DNA of 64,000 nt from Antedon mediterranea (lineage: Eukaryota; Animalia; Echinodermata), in the NCBI RefSeq assembly GCF_964355755.1, contig NC_092672.1:3658001-3722000 (forward strand). Direction: 5' to 3'. The number at the start of each line of letters is the position of its first letter. Within the stretch, counting starts at the first letter, position 1. Positions 12,199 through 40,500 of this stretch are shown piece after piece. The position numbers and the translations under genes were made by a program. The notes below the pieces were generated by a model that had not been told where the DNA came from, ran no database searches, and saw only the letters and a list, made by a program, of their open reading frames with translations.

Positions 12199-12341
12199 AA
12201 CAACTGTCCAGTCAAAAAGTTACGCGGCGTTTTTTGTAAGAAATATTTCTTGTTATTATTTATTTATAGGCCTATAAATAAATATAACAAGAAATATTTC
12301 TTACAAAAAACGCCGCGTAACTTTTTGACTGGACAGTTGTT
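12199..12341. repeat. ~143-bp near-perfect spacerless palindrome
   Basis: aacaactgtccagtcaaaaagttacgcggcg...tatAGGCCTata...cgccgcgtaactttttgactggacagttgtt, with only one 1-nt indel between arms. Confidence 0.9.
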
Positions 12342-13158
12342 ATAGGCCTAGTATAATATTATTATACTGTTTTGTAACAGGGGGTTTCTACTTAGAAGCT
12401 GTGCTTCAGAGATTCCCCCTTTCCATTCATTTGTTTTGTAATGATTATTTATGTATGTTTGTTTATGTTTGTGTGAATGGAATTTGAAATAAAGAAACAA
12501 ACAAACATAAAATGGCGCTCCGTAGAGAGAAGTAGAGAATGCTTCATCGTCAGAATGGCAAACCGACCGTCAGAATGTGACGCTCTGAATATACCTCCCG
12601 GCCTCTCGCGCATAATCTGGCATAAATTTTGTGCTGCCACCTATCATAATTTAATTTCGATCGCTAGCGCGCGCCACAACTTAACTGGGTACGTACCTAA
12701 AAAACGACATGGTTATAATGATACTGTCATTTCTCATAGTAATAAGTCAGTTTTTGAAAGAAAATGTAAGTAAATTTGCCAAATGTTCTTTCATACTTAC
12801 TTAACTGTGTGTTTAATTAATACATTGTGAAGCGTTAGGCCTATATCAGATGATGTTTTATCAAAACCTACTACTACTAGGCCTTAGCCTAGCCATTATT
12901 GACATGATTAATGTCCATGAAGATTGAAGGGTACATTGGAATGCCATCGTGATGACTGGAGGATTGTCGATGTGGATGCGCCCTAAATCAGGAATGGGAG
13001 TTCAAAAGCCAGGCTAGGCTAGGCCTAGATAGACAAATGATATGAATAATGAAATGATAAAAATAAGATTAGGTCTAATTTTTTTTTTTACAGGAAACAC
13101 TTTTGACCTATTTATTTGAATCGCCAATTACAGGATGCCTTGAAACTCTTTTTAGATA

Positions 13159-14266
13159 CGCCGTGGCTAAAGATACGATACCATATTCTAACTTCTGTTT
13201 ACTAAAGATACGGTAAAATTGCATTACGTCATAATGCACTTGTCAATTGTATGACCCACTATACGACCCCCGGGAGAGGTGCGTCATTTGTCCGATGTGC
13301 GTCATACCATTCATTGAATACCATGACGCACCCGTGCGTCAAAAATGTGACTTACCTTAAGGTGACCATGACGCACCCATTTTGACGCACTGTGACCATG
13401 TTGTTTATGATATGGTGGGTGGTAAAGTGACGGACATTGACACACCTTGTTCATTGATGTGACGTACCATCTAGGTTTTTTGACGCACCCCTGCGTCAGT
13501 AATTATTTGTAAATGACGCACCTCTCCCGGGGGTCCTATAGTGGGTCATACAATTGACAAGTGCATTACTAAAAGTAAGCTAAAATTGCATTACGTCATA
13601 ATCAGCCAATGGAGTGCTGGTACGTGTGTGACGTCATCGTATAAGGACTTTTTTTCATATCGCGTCTGTTGTACAGTATATGTAGAGAATTCCTATCGGC
13701 GGCGCCAGGCTGCGTGGATGTGTGTGCGCTGCAGATGAGGGTTTTATTTTTATTCCAAATGGCCTATTTAGGCCATAAACAACAAGCAAATGCGGACAAT
13801 AAAAGGGCCCTCAATTATACTATGATTTAGACAGTAGCCCCAGGGCTGACGAGTCACAGAAATCAGCGCACACATGCAGCTCTGGCCGCGCCCCAGCCTG
13901 GCATCGCTTTCCCTATACACAAACAAACTCATATAATGAGGTTATAGTACGTAGTAAGTAGGCCTAGGCCTCTTTTGAAACGGTTTTCTGTATTCTAGAA
14001 TTAAAATCATGTTTCATGTTTTGGCTTTTCAATAATAATAACAGACGTAGGCTTCATTTAGTTTTTGTCACACACAATGGCGATAATATCGATAAATAAA
14101 GCATAAAGAAAATGCAGTTGATCACTGCTTTTTTTGAAAAAAATCCACAAAGTCCTTATACGATGACATCACACACGTCACGCTGGCTGGTTATGACGTA
14201 ATGCAATTTTACCGTACCTTTAGTAAACAGAAGTTAGAATACGGTACCGTATCTTTAGCCATGGCG
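13159..14266. mobile_element. MULE/Mutator-like non-autonomous element, CGCCGTGG termini, 9-bp TSD
   Basis: ttttagata|cgccgtggctaaagatacg...cgtatctttagccatggcg|ttttagata, with TIRs over 70 bp. Confidence 0.8.
13232..13568. mobile_element. MITE nested in the left TIR of the 13159-14266 element
   Basis: ~55-bp TIR taatgcacttgtcaattgtatgacccactata..cccccgggagaggtgcgtcattt and many internal gacgcac motifs. Confidence 0.75.
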
Positions 14267-15739
14267 TTTTAGATATAGGCCTAGATATAGAATGAAAAGC
14301 ACATTCAAATACAAAACATGAAAACATGTATTTGATTTGGAAACATTTAGTATTCTATTTTTACATTTATTATTGATAAATTGTGAAATCTATTTCTACT
14401 AATCAACTTTTTTAATTTGGATAGTAAACATTAATTAACGTTAACCAGACTTCTAAAGTTTGTTCGTTGAGTACAACTCAACGCTGAAAATAATATAACA
14501 AATTTAGCTAAATACTAAAGAAAAAGTTTTAAATTCCCAAGTTAATGTAATGTAATAGTATTGTAATATAAGAATTGAAAGTTCACCAATTTGCCCCAGA
14601 AACATCAAGTAAGAAACTGACCAGATGTTTTCATAAACATTATCATATCCAATTAGCTGGCTAAAAGAATGTCAGTTTATCTAACCTTAAGACCTTTTCC
14701 ATCATAAAACCATGAATGACAGTTTGTAACCAGAGATTTGGCAGAATTATTTATTCTGTCTTTATACTGAATGACACTTTCAGTGCTAAAGCATTGATTT
14801 CCACATTGGCTCAGTAGAGAACATTAACAATATAATAACAACTAACACATTAAATTACATTAGTACACACACATTTACAAAAAGGTAACTATCTACAAAC
14901 ATACAGTGTATAAACAAAAAATATTTCTTACAAAAAATGCCGCTCAACATTTTAAAATTAATCATTGTTCATTTGATTAATTTATGATTAATTATTAAAA
15001 AGATGTCCTTTAATCGAAAAAATACATACAAATCAAAGATAGTTCTTTAATTATGAATCACATGCCCATTTTTTCACTAGTTAATTGTTAGACTTGCCCC
15101 AAGTCTGTATTATCTTTTTTTTTATTTATTTTTTTTTATTCCGACCGCGATTTTTGTCTGAAAATACAGACTTGTGAAACACGTATAGAAATCGATTTGC
15201 AGACCGCAAACATCCGATAAGAATGACGTAGGTTATCATACCGTATTTGGCTATATGGGGCGGGCGGTATATGGATTTCGAATCGACCAATGATCATTTG
15301 TTTCAAAATTAAAAAGATCGAGTACGTACAGTGCTGAATGTACGATCGAGACTGTTGAAATATAAATCGTAATGCCAAGTTGTTTTGTTTATTAATTGTT
15401 TAGTCCTTGGCCTAGGCCTCCTTCGTAGGTCCTACTCAACTCGCACGTATGACCTGCCAAATAAAACGCCAATAAAGTAGGCCTACATACCACCACCGGC
15501 ACACAACAGGGCTACACCACCACACAGAACAGGACAGGGTCTGGGTGGGAATTAAATCAAAATTATCTCTGCGTAATAAATGATCCATTCAATGTTTGAT
15601 TTGCGGAGAAGCTAGCCTATCATATCAAGACGAGTTTTCATGTTTTTGGGAAAAATCCCATCAAATGTTTACCAGACTACTAGGCATATAAAATAATTTC
15701 TAGCCCTCAGAAACTTTCACCAAGTACACATTTCTAAAC

Positions 15740-15965
15740 GTAACATAGCGCATGCGCATCATCTTAGTTGTTGAGTCTTTGAAATTCTGAAATATGAATA
15801 TTATAAACGGTGTACGAGTGAGTAGCCAATCGCATGCAGTTGAAACTAGTCAACCGGATAATCGTATGCACCAAGAATTCTTGGTGTCAAACCACGTGAC
15901 TTGTGCGTGTTTCCCCAGACGGAGTATCCAAAATCAAGTAGTATACGTATGAAACGCCATTTGTG
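15740..15965 (+). promoter_or_regulatory. Likely SLF1 promoter
   Basis: NRF1-like gcgcatgcgc (~15748), CCAAT (15826), E-box cacgtg (~15893) and YY1-like cgccattt (~15955), upstream of the acceptor at 16322. Confidence 0.4.
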
Positions 15966-16344
15966 CCAAAATATTTATCTTTTTACTAATATTAAGACAA
16001 AACTCCGTCTGGAACCCAGACTAGTTAATTGTATACACAGCATTTGAAAGAAGACATGTGTACCAACAATGTATTATTTTCCAACAATTATTAATCTACT
16101 AATTAAAAAATGGCATTTAAAAATGGTCAATTTTAAACTTCTATTTGCTGTAGCCTGTTTGTGTTATTTTGGTGTGTAGAAGTTTACCAAATTAAGGCAT
16201 GTTGTAAATCTCAAATAATAAAGTCTAAAACCTCTCCACAATTATATCACATTCATCGTGTTCAGTAGTAGGCCACAATCAATCTTTAAAAAAAATACAA
16301 ATTAAAATGTCTTTTATTACAGGTACTTTTGAGTCACTATAACT

Positions 16345-30337
<13,993 letters not shown>

Positions 30338-31662
30338 CCGATTCATGGATTGGTCGAGGTAACGTCTACACCATTGTAGTTGAACTGAGCTATTAGTTTT
30401 TGGTACCGATGTACCATTACGGTAACTATACTACTCAAGTGGTGTTAACGGTTTCACTGGGACAGTGTTAAAGTGGCATGCAGGAAATGCCTACAAGTTG
30501 TACAAAGTGTAAAATAGACCAACGTTTTTATATTTTAGTTTAGTACGTTTTCATTTGTTTTGTGTAATGAATAATATATCTCCAGCTATGAAAGCATTTA
30601 TGGAAAATCAGCACAACCATCCACAAAACTACAATTATTCACAGGTACCTCCTACAGAAAAAAATCTTTCCTGTAACCCGAGAGTGATGATTAATGGGGT
30701 TGATACAAGACAGACCGAGGTTGATTGTTTAAAACTGTTTTCCATATAAAATTTACAAGATCAATAATAATACTTGCTTCACTGTTGTTTATAGCCTAGT
30801 TATCTTCAATCTTCCAAATGCGATATTAAACATGTTTAATAATACAGTCAACTCTCTTAATATCAGACCAACCAGAACGAATTCATTTTTACCAACCCAT
30901 TCTGAATACCAGACTTTCCAGAAAAAACCAGCCCATCCAAAGGTGTCTGGTATTGGGAGAGTTGACTGCACTGTTTAAAAAACACAAAAATAACACACAA
31001 GCATTGAAAACTTAACTTTAATTGTTTTTCTCATTTTCTTTTGCATGAGATCTTAGCTCATGTACGAATAATCAACAAAATGCTACCAAGATCACTCAAA
31101 TGTATCTAACAAAAAAGTAACACAGCGAACATTATCTAAATGTATGCTTCTTTGGTAGTCAGTGTATCACATGGGGTGGGGTAAACCATTGAGGTAAGGA
31201 GGGGTGTAAACTACAGTAATTAAAATTATTGATTAAGGTGGGATGGTGAGATATGAAGCAGCATTGCCCAGTCAATACTGCATGAAATATACAGATTGTA
31301 TACTGTACAATAAAAAAATGTCTTTTCAACCAAAAACAATGATATGATACAGTTTTTATACATGATATGTTTAGTGCAGTATTACATCAGTCCATAGTGA
31401 AAAACAAACACTATATAGTATGCTCAACAAATGGGTGTAGCCCACTACTGGACATCCAGTGCCTTTCCAAATTGTATATGATCATTTCCGATTAGAAAGC
31501 CATTGACTGCAAACGGCAACAATGTGAATACCCATGTACTGTATCTTTAAAGAATTCTTTTAAAATAAACATTTATCAAATATGAATACATAAGTCAAAA
31601 TAATAAATAAACCACTTATTTTAGTTTCTGTTTAATAATACTGTACAGTATAGTGTCCTAAT

Positions 31663-31878
31663 ACAGTAGAACCTCTAATTTGGAACACCTAAAGAGAGAC
31701 CTCTATTCAGGACCATTCTATGCAACAAGCTAGGGAAAATATGTTTTAATGCTACAACCATATTAAAAGGAGTCTTTTTTGAATACCAAAGGGAGTCTTT
31801 TTTAGTGCCAAAGTCTTTTTTGAGTACCAAAGGGAATCTTTTTGAGTGCCAAAGGTGTCCCTTAATAGAGTTCTACTG
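31663..31878. mobile_element. Tigger-like MITE with internal ~21-bp tandem repeats; fragments also near 54870, 55300, 57350, 59030
   Basis: ta|cagtagaacctcta...tagagttctactg|ta. Confidence 0.6.
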
Positions 31879-32491
31879 TACCAGTACTATTTCATCAGTG
31901 TAATGAACAATTGGTTTGTGTAGACTTATGCCTTATTATTTCATTTCAAAACACAAGAATCGCTATCAAGTTTTAAAACAAAGTATGTGTTTCATTTATA
32001 ATGCACCCTATTATTGTATAAAAGTAGGGAGTTGTTAATTACTCCCTGATAAAAGTACAATCTAAAGTATATAAATTAATAAACTAAACATGTTTTAGCA
32101 TGTGACGTGTAAGATTTATATTCATAAAGAAACTTCTTAAAACAATTGTGGAATTGCTAAGAAAATTAAAATATCACTGCATTTAACCAACAAAGAAAAA
32201 GTTAAACAATAACAATGGTAAATAATACATTATGGCAGTTATGGACTGTGATACACTCGAAATAAAGATCAGTCATGCGTAGCCAATCAATGATTAATAC
32301 CACAAAAAAAATGAAACCGTATTCCCTATGTATAGTAAAAAATATCAGAGGAATGACAACATAAGTCACTGTGATTGCATGCAATAGCCTCTCTTACCAA
32401 ATCAATTTTTGAACCTTACAATGAATATCATTACAATAAACGAATTAAAAACGACTTATACGAAAACTTTAACAATACAATGTTTGCCTTA

Positions 32492-32675
32492 AGGCCAATT
32501 TGCACAGACGAGCAGTAACGGTAAGCGGAATACCGCATAGATTGTCCCACGTAGATGCATATCTATCCTGAGCAGAAATCGCCTATCTGCTCTGTGTTGT
32601 GTGTAAATGGTCATAAGGAATAACATAGATTCTATATATTTATTACAGTTACCACTCGTCTGTGTAAACTGGCCT
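32492..32675. mobile_element. Harbinger-like MITE
   Basis: tta|aggccaatttgcacagacgag...ctcgtctgtgtaaactggcct|tta. Confidence 0.65.
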
Positions 32676-35600
32676 TTAAGCAAAGTTTAAATTTTAAACA
32701 TGTTCAAAAAACATTTGCATCATCACAAATCTGACACTACTATCCAACTCTTATCATGGCTTTCGGTGTAGATTAACAGTATATTGCTTTAATAGAGGCA
32801 TAGCACTTATGTATTGAAATCTCAATCTAATATTCAAAAACTATATTTTTCATAATGTAATAACAATGGTTATACTATAATACAGTGGTTGATAACCAAA
32901 ATATTTATAATCAATTTGCTTACAATGCTTTAGTAAAAGAACCAAAAGTAAAACAAAACAAAAAAAATTGCAAATTCTAAACTGCTTCGAAATGTAGAAA
33001 AACATTTAAAAAATTGCTAAATACTATTATAACTAAGGTAGAGTATTAAAACATACCATACATATTGTATCAACATACTTGCTCAGGTATAAAATGGTGG
33101 ATTTATACCTGAAAACGATTTTCCAAAATAGTGTAAATATTCGTTGTGCAGGGTGGAAAGGTTGAGTAACCTAGTTTAGTTTAGTTATTGTAAAATTGTC
33201 AGAAAGTCAGCCTATCAGCTCGGCTACAATGGTTTAACAACAATGGAAACAGATTATTGGGAATTAATTAATTACTTAAATTAATCAAATTAATGACTAT
33301 TAATAATTGATTTTTATTTTACAATGTTATACATTCAGGTGTGCATAGAAATGAACCACTTACAAAAATTACTGTAATAAAAAAATCATAAAAGTGTTGT
33401 AATAACTATTTAATAACTATTTAATATACTACACCATGTATGTTTTTATCAGAGCAACACTTTTCCGAGTGTGCATCGAAAATCCTTGTTCAAAATTCCT
33501 CAAAATAACTTCTGTTTAAAACAATTTAATTTATGCTAATAAAATATTTAAAATGTTTTATTATAACATATTATAATTTATTAACATTAATTCATGTTTT
33601 TATACTTATTTATAATATGATCATAGTACTCTCTTTAAACAAAACAAATTTTTTTTAAATATTGCCATTTTTAAAGCAAAACAAATATAATTGTTGGCTG
33701 TACAGTGTGTAAATAAAAATGAGACAATTTCATATGCAGGTCATCTACACATATTGTCGGTAAAGATATAGTGTCGGCCTAGTAATGCATCTAATAATTT
33801 GAACATTTGAATTTTTAAACCATGTAAACGCCACTGAATGGAATGCTTATATCTACTGCCCAAGTTTACTCACTAGTACCTATATAGCTGAATGGCTAGC
33901 CCACCAATTCCCCCACATTAGGAAGATACCAGAAAATAGAGTGCACATTGTCTGATGTTCACAGAAATATACATGTTCTGTTGGTCTTGTCATAGAATGA
34001 CATTCTGACATCTGATTGGTCAGTTATAGCTGTTATAAGCTATGGCTGTTCCAAGTTAGGGGACAACTAGAGTGAAATATTGGCACTGTAGTGAATGGTA
34101 AGGTTAACTAAATCTCACTTTTCAGCTTAATAACTTATTGAAAGAATATTTTTTTTGGATATATTATTAACATTGATATCCTTCATTTGTATGTAAAGAA
34201 ATTTAAACTCTATCATGTCAACATTACATTAAAATTGACAAAAAGTATGAGTACACCATAGGCTAGTGCTTGTAAATGTCACTCCAGTCAGAGCAGAGGG
34301 AGTAAGTATGTCATAATCAACCATCCCTGACCAACAGAATACAGTACTCATAATTTCATCAAGCTGCATTAACAAACTTTCTTCTGGATGAACTTACTTA
34401 ATTTTTACTTCATTTAGTAAAAGTGATTACCTTGTATTATTAAAACCCTTTACATAACTTTATACCACAGTTATACCATACATCTGAACATGTATCTCAT
34501 AAATAATTATTCATATATTAATAAATACATTAAGGCTCATGTTAAAAATTATTCTACTGCAGTATTACATTTTTTTACTGCAGTAATGTATGATTGTTTT
34601 AATAAGTGTGTATAATGACTGTAAATACCCAGAAAAAGCCTGACAATTTTAGAAACAAGTAAAAATGTAGTTACTGCAATAACTTAAAATAATTTTTAAA
34701 TGATCCCTCAATTAAATGAATAATATAATAATTATGTTTTAATTAGGTTAAAATAAATTGATATCTCTTTTTGTTATTATGTAATATTAATAAATAATGT
34801 TTTGGGTTCTAGATTCGGAAATATGCCCACATATGGTAGTGATATATGACGTCATCATGTCATATGTCCATATATAGGAACATCATACTGTATACAGTAC
34901 ATCCAAATATTTTAATTACGTATAACAGAATACTATTTTTCTTTTGGAACAATTCTATTATTAATGCGATACCAATATGTCCCATCTACAAGTGCTAAAA
35001 CCAGGGAAAATATACTTTGGAATACCCTATTAAAAGGACACCTGATGAATTTTTAATTTACAAAAAAAAAAACAATTATAAACCTAAAATTTAAACTAAG
35101 AAAATAAAATACTGATAAAATGTATTTAAAAAATTGAAAAATAATTTGTTGCTAAATCAAACGAAAATACAATTGAAACAAAAATTGATATGTTTAAAGA
35201 TTTTAAATCTGGTATTTTTTTGTACATAATAATTTGTATCTAAATTAAACACAAAGAGATAGGGTATACGATGTAAAACTATATATCATTATATAGTCTT
35301 CTAATATATTATACAGTATATTTTTTTGTGGAAATTATATTTAGTAGAAACATCCAAAAACTACAAAAAAAACTAAAAACACCAAAGAAACATCACAAAT
35401 ATAATTTTCTTCTTTTAACTAGAAATAAGAAGCCATTTTTTTTTAACAACTTGGAATTTTGTTTTCATGAGGCAAAATTCTACCCTTAATTACACTTTTA
35501 ATTAGAAGCAAATTGCACAACAAATCTTTTATTCTGCATTATCGTAGCTAACACTTCCAATTTATATACAATTTTCTTCTATCAATCCTTTTCGAGAATT

Positions 35601-37522
35601 CAGTCCCTATATCTACACATTTTGAAGTACAAAATAATTGAGAATAATTACAAATTATATAAAAAACAATCCGTTTGAAATGTATATTTCAAATTGTCTC
35701 TATAGTTTTTCACCTAAATCCTCCTATTCTGCATAGGTTCAACACAGGTTAATGGACATCAAATATTTTACTAGAAAAAATACATCCTATGATCAACTCA
35801 TTTTATAACTAAACTATAATTTAACTATAAGGCCTTTGAGTTGATAAACTGTACTGTACATCTCGATAAGTTCACTTACACGAAAAGATCAAATTTAGTT
35901 GGTTTTTCTCTAACTCCAAAGATACACTGTTAACAATCGAGTGATTTGCCTGTACCAGACATATTTGGAAATGGACTTGTAATCAAGGTTTGACTTGTAC
36001 ACAAAGGTACATTGTACCAACCAAGTCTGAAGCTATGTCTACACTATAAAATTGTATGCGACAACAAAATGTGATGAGCCCATATATGGACATGATGATG
36101 TCATATCACTGCCATATTTGGGCACATCACACTTCTTTTGTCAAACTAGTTTGATAGTGTAGACAGAGCTTAAGCCTAACACAGACATTACACCAGCAAT
36201 TACTGCAGCAGGCTCCACAACAAAATCACCAGCTGAAGATTAGTACAGCAGGTTGTTGCCTGTTTTTTTTTCCATTACCAATACAAAGGAGTTACTGTAA
36301 CAATACATAGTTTGCTATTACAAACTATTGTAGCATTTTATGCGATTTAGCATGTTTTTTGTATGAAGACACAAGATGAAACTGTTGACTCATAATTGAT
36401 CCCATACATTTTTCATATGTTATCTAAACACAATCGGTGCATTCTTATTTTTAAAAACTATTTTTAAGTTTATCACACAAAATACTATTAAGGTGTTTTG
36501 AAAAGTTCTAACTGATTTCTTCTATTTAAAATGACTGTAGCAGAAAGATGTAGAAAATAGTTTGTGTCTAAAATTTGAAAATGCAATATTTAGCACCATC
36601 AGGCTGGAGGGTAGGCACATTGATGCAGATACTGGCACCAAGCCTCAATTAATACATTTTACTATGGTAAAGATGACAAGATGGATTTAAATTGATATCA
36701 AAGGAAAGAAGATGGAAATCTATTATTCAGCAGTTCGGCCATATAAATAATTATCAATGGTTCAACACATTATATTTTTGGGCTTTTAAAAAGGCGGTTT
36801 AACGGTGTGAAACAATACTACTATGGCGTCATTATGTTGGTAAACATCTTCAAAACTTACTTACGAATAGTGTTTAATATATAAAATTGGCCTGTATTCA
36901 ATAATTAATATCACACATTTTGTGATAATCACAGCTTTTATCCATACAAGTGAGGTTAACATTTGTCTTCTTTGGGTGGGGATAGATTTTCCTTTTTATT
37001 ATAAAAAAAATCTCCATCTAAAATTTCTCTCCTATCTTGTGAACTATAATTTTATAGTTGTATATTTTTTAAGTCTATTGATGTTGAAAAAAGTGAAAAT
37101 AATTGAGAGTATTTCTAATTATGTGTCTTCTTAAATTTGAAAATCCTAGTCTGAACCTGTAATAAACAAAGCACCTCTTTCTTGCACTGATCACTAAAAA
37201 TGTTTGAGGTATACAGATGAATCGATTTGATTGTCCTGGTGGGGTAAGCAAACAAAACATATGCTAACATTTTAAAGGGAAAGAAAAAATTAAAGCTGTG
37301 TGGATAATAACATTTTAATAAATTTGTGAACTGAAACTTATTATTGCAATCTTAATACCATATGCAAAGTACCATCTATTTTCCTATAGAACTATTGTAA
37401 ATATAAGCCCCTATTTAACATACTTCTCGAGGGGATATAATTTATAAACAAAATGAAGAAGTTGCACAATATTTCACTGTAAACAGGCACTTTATATGGA
37501 ATTATTCCAATGGTTTTTCTCT

Positions 37523-40500
37523 TTAGTTTGTTTTCAAGTACACAACACGTCCTGGATTCTTGGCGTCCTCTTCCAGAACCTTCTGCCACTCTGTTAAAAA
37601 ATAAAATATACGAGTTACTGTATAAAAGAGAACTAGTGTACAGTATAAGTTTTATCTTTGTGTTTTTAAATGCATCAACATGTAATTGGTGCCTTGCACT
37701 GTTTGTTGTAAGAATAGAGAATAAAAAGAAAATACTACATAGACGGAACATATCTGTATCAGTGGTACTTTAAAAAACAAGATTAGAAAACATATTAAAC
37801 AACTCACCTTTTTGTAGAAACTTTGCAATAGTCAGATGATTGAACAAGCCGCTATTATTTAACGATAAAACCTCTCTAACAGAACGTCCTCTCTTGGGTG
37901 CTTCAGTCTGTACTATTGAATTCTCAAGAGCGGAACAAGTGATTACTTTAGATGGTTGAGTACGATACGCAGTAGCATTTTGTACACTCGCCATTAACTT
38001 GTCTACAGGGCTAGCAGAGCCTGGGTTAACACCCTCAGACAATTTAGAATTACTTGCCGCTTTATCATCATCTTCTAATGAAAATGAATTATCATTATAA
38101 AAGACGATAGATCCAAACGTGATACCAATACCACCGGTACAGTCGGAATTAATGCCTGGCAATTTGGAAGACTTATCACCCATGCTACCTATTAATTCGG
38201 TGTTGATGCCATTTACAAGAAGATCTTTCTGTTTATCACCCTTTTTAACTGGGTTACAGGCTATCTCTGGTTCTGCTTCATTCTTTGATAAAACTCTAGG
38301 ACTAACAGAATTCTTAACCTTTTCCATATCTGCTGGTTCATTATGTAAAGTTAAGGTTGTCTGCAAGGAATCATTAACATTTTCTTTGGCTGGGTTAGGC
38401 TGTTCTGTACACTGTACAACAGGCATTGATTCACCAGCGAGTTCTACTACGCTATCAATATCCTGTGAACTTTGACCTTGATCAATATCCTCCGATGCCA
38501 ATTTGTTGGCTATTGTTTGTTCATTCTTTGGACTAGCACCTTTTACTTTACTTGCGTACGAGAATTCAAATTGGGGGGATGGTTCCGTATTAGGTTGTGG
38601 AACTGCAGTCATTTCTATATATGACTGCGAACTTGGAGGGTCAGTACTGATAGAGGAGGCAGAGGACTGACTGCCACTGCTGGTGCCAGCTCCCCCAAAA
38701 TGTGTGCAAACGGCTTCAGCATCATCTTGCACTAGAGTCATATTATTTGGTTCACTTTTACACTTTCTCAAATTACCACATGCTAAATAAGACGAGACCT
38801 TTTCTTTTGGATACGTCGGGATCGTGTTGCGTGGAAAAGAAGCGGACTTATCCTCAAAGATTACGCGCTTTTTCGCAGCTTTCTTTTTCTTCGATTCGAC
38901 AACTTGGAACTCTTTTTCATCATTGTTTTCATCTGATGAAGATGCATTCTCATCTACATCAAAACTAGCTGATTTTCTTATTACATTACCAGTTTGTTTT
39001 TGTGCATCAGATTGCTTAGCTTTTAAATCCTTAACATCACTATCACTGTGAGTCACATCTTCGTTACACATATTCTTCTTTTCATCTACATTTTTACGTT
39101 TCTTTTTCGGATTCTTTTTATCTTTGTTGTTGTTATTTATCAAACCAAGTACACACAAAGCTTCTGGATCTTTAATCCAGTCAAATTCATTTGCGTCATT
39201 ACCAGATTTTCTCTCTTCATCTTTCTTTTTGTTATTTTCATTGATATTAGTAACTACTCTACTCGTTATAATGTGATCCATTTTTGGATTTGTGTCATTG
39301 TGTCTATCTATTGCACTCTGTGATTTCGCATTACATTTTTCTTGAAGTCTCTTTTTAATATTTTCATGATTTTGAGTACGACCATGTGTATGTGTATTGC
39401 GGTTAGTAGTAATAATGCTTGGAGTTGCAGTAGTCTCGCGTTTTTTTTTCGTTCGACAATTTTTACTTCCTATATCAATGTTGCGAATGTCATCAGCTCT
39501 TAGATAGGGTTCGTTTTCTTGGTCTATAGGGTAATCTCTTAAAAGAGGGTCAAAAGTCGTGTCTTTCCTGGAAGCCAATGCAGATTTAAGTTTGCGTTCT
39601 GGTTCCCTGCCATTCGAATCCTCTTCAGCAGTATCATCTTCTGACAAAACCAATTAATGAATATTAATATATTATTATTATTATGAATATATTATTATTA
39701 TTGATGAAGTAAATACCATAAAAACAACATGATTTTAAAACAATACATTTAACTACTCTAATTTCCAAGTGTTTTCAAACCAGTTATCTCTGTCCAGTTT
39801 TGTTGCACTTCTGCTAAATACTTGTAAATCCTTCACTATTTTTGGAGTTTATTTTTATCATTCTAGATTACCACCTGCTGAAATTGCAAAGATATGAAAA
39901 TTATCATATTAATTAGTAAATAAATTACCTTTTTTCTTTTTCTTTTTAGATTTTTTCTTCTTTTTGTTTCCTTCTGTATCGGCGGTAAGTTCATCCGACA
40001 ATTTGTGATGGTTATTGCTTAGAGACCTGACATCGTCGTGGCGCCCTTTAAGCGAGGCCGCAGGAATTTTAGCATTATCATCACAAACGCCACTACTTGT
40101 GGATTTTAGAATGGATTTCAAATCTCTTGAATTTCCAGTTGTGCTAGAGTAATACTCGGTTTGTACTTTACGCCTGGGATCTTCCTGAATGGGCGTTTCA
40201 AGCGACGATGACATTATTTGCATTTCAATCTCCTTGCTGCCTTTATCATCAATCAACGACATAGCGGATTTTGTGAGTTTGTCAGGGTTTGGCGGATAGT
40301 CAAATGGAGGTTGTTGAAACGTGTCGTAACGTCGATTTAACGTATCGTCACGACATAAACTACTTCTTTCTGTGCAGTTGTTTACTACAGGAATTTTATC
40401 TATAACAATCTCCCGCAACTCATCAGAATCAGAATCACAGTTTTGAAGCGGTTGAATATTATTAACATGCTTCATCGCATCAATACCGATTTCAACGCCA

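Noticed and set aside
14750-14800. Inverted match to 23930-23985
   Set aside because: Short dispersed repeat fragment with no defining ends.
33960-34350. Short inverted match ttctgttggtc / gaccaacagaa in the putative UTR
   Set aside because: Too short and degenerate to call an RNA structure or element.
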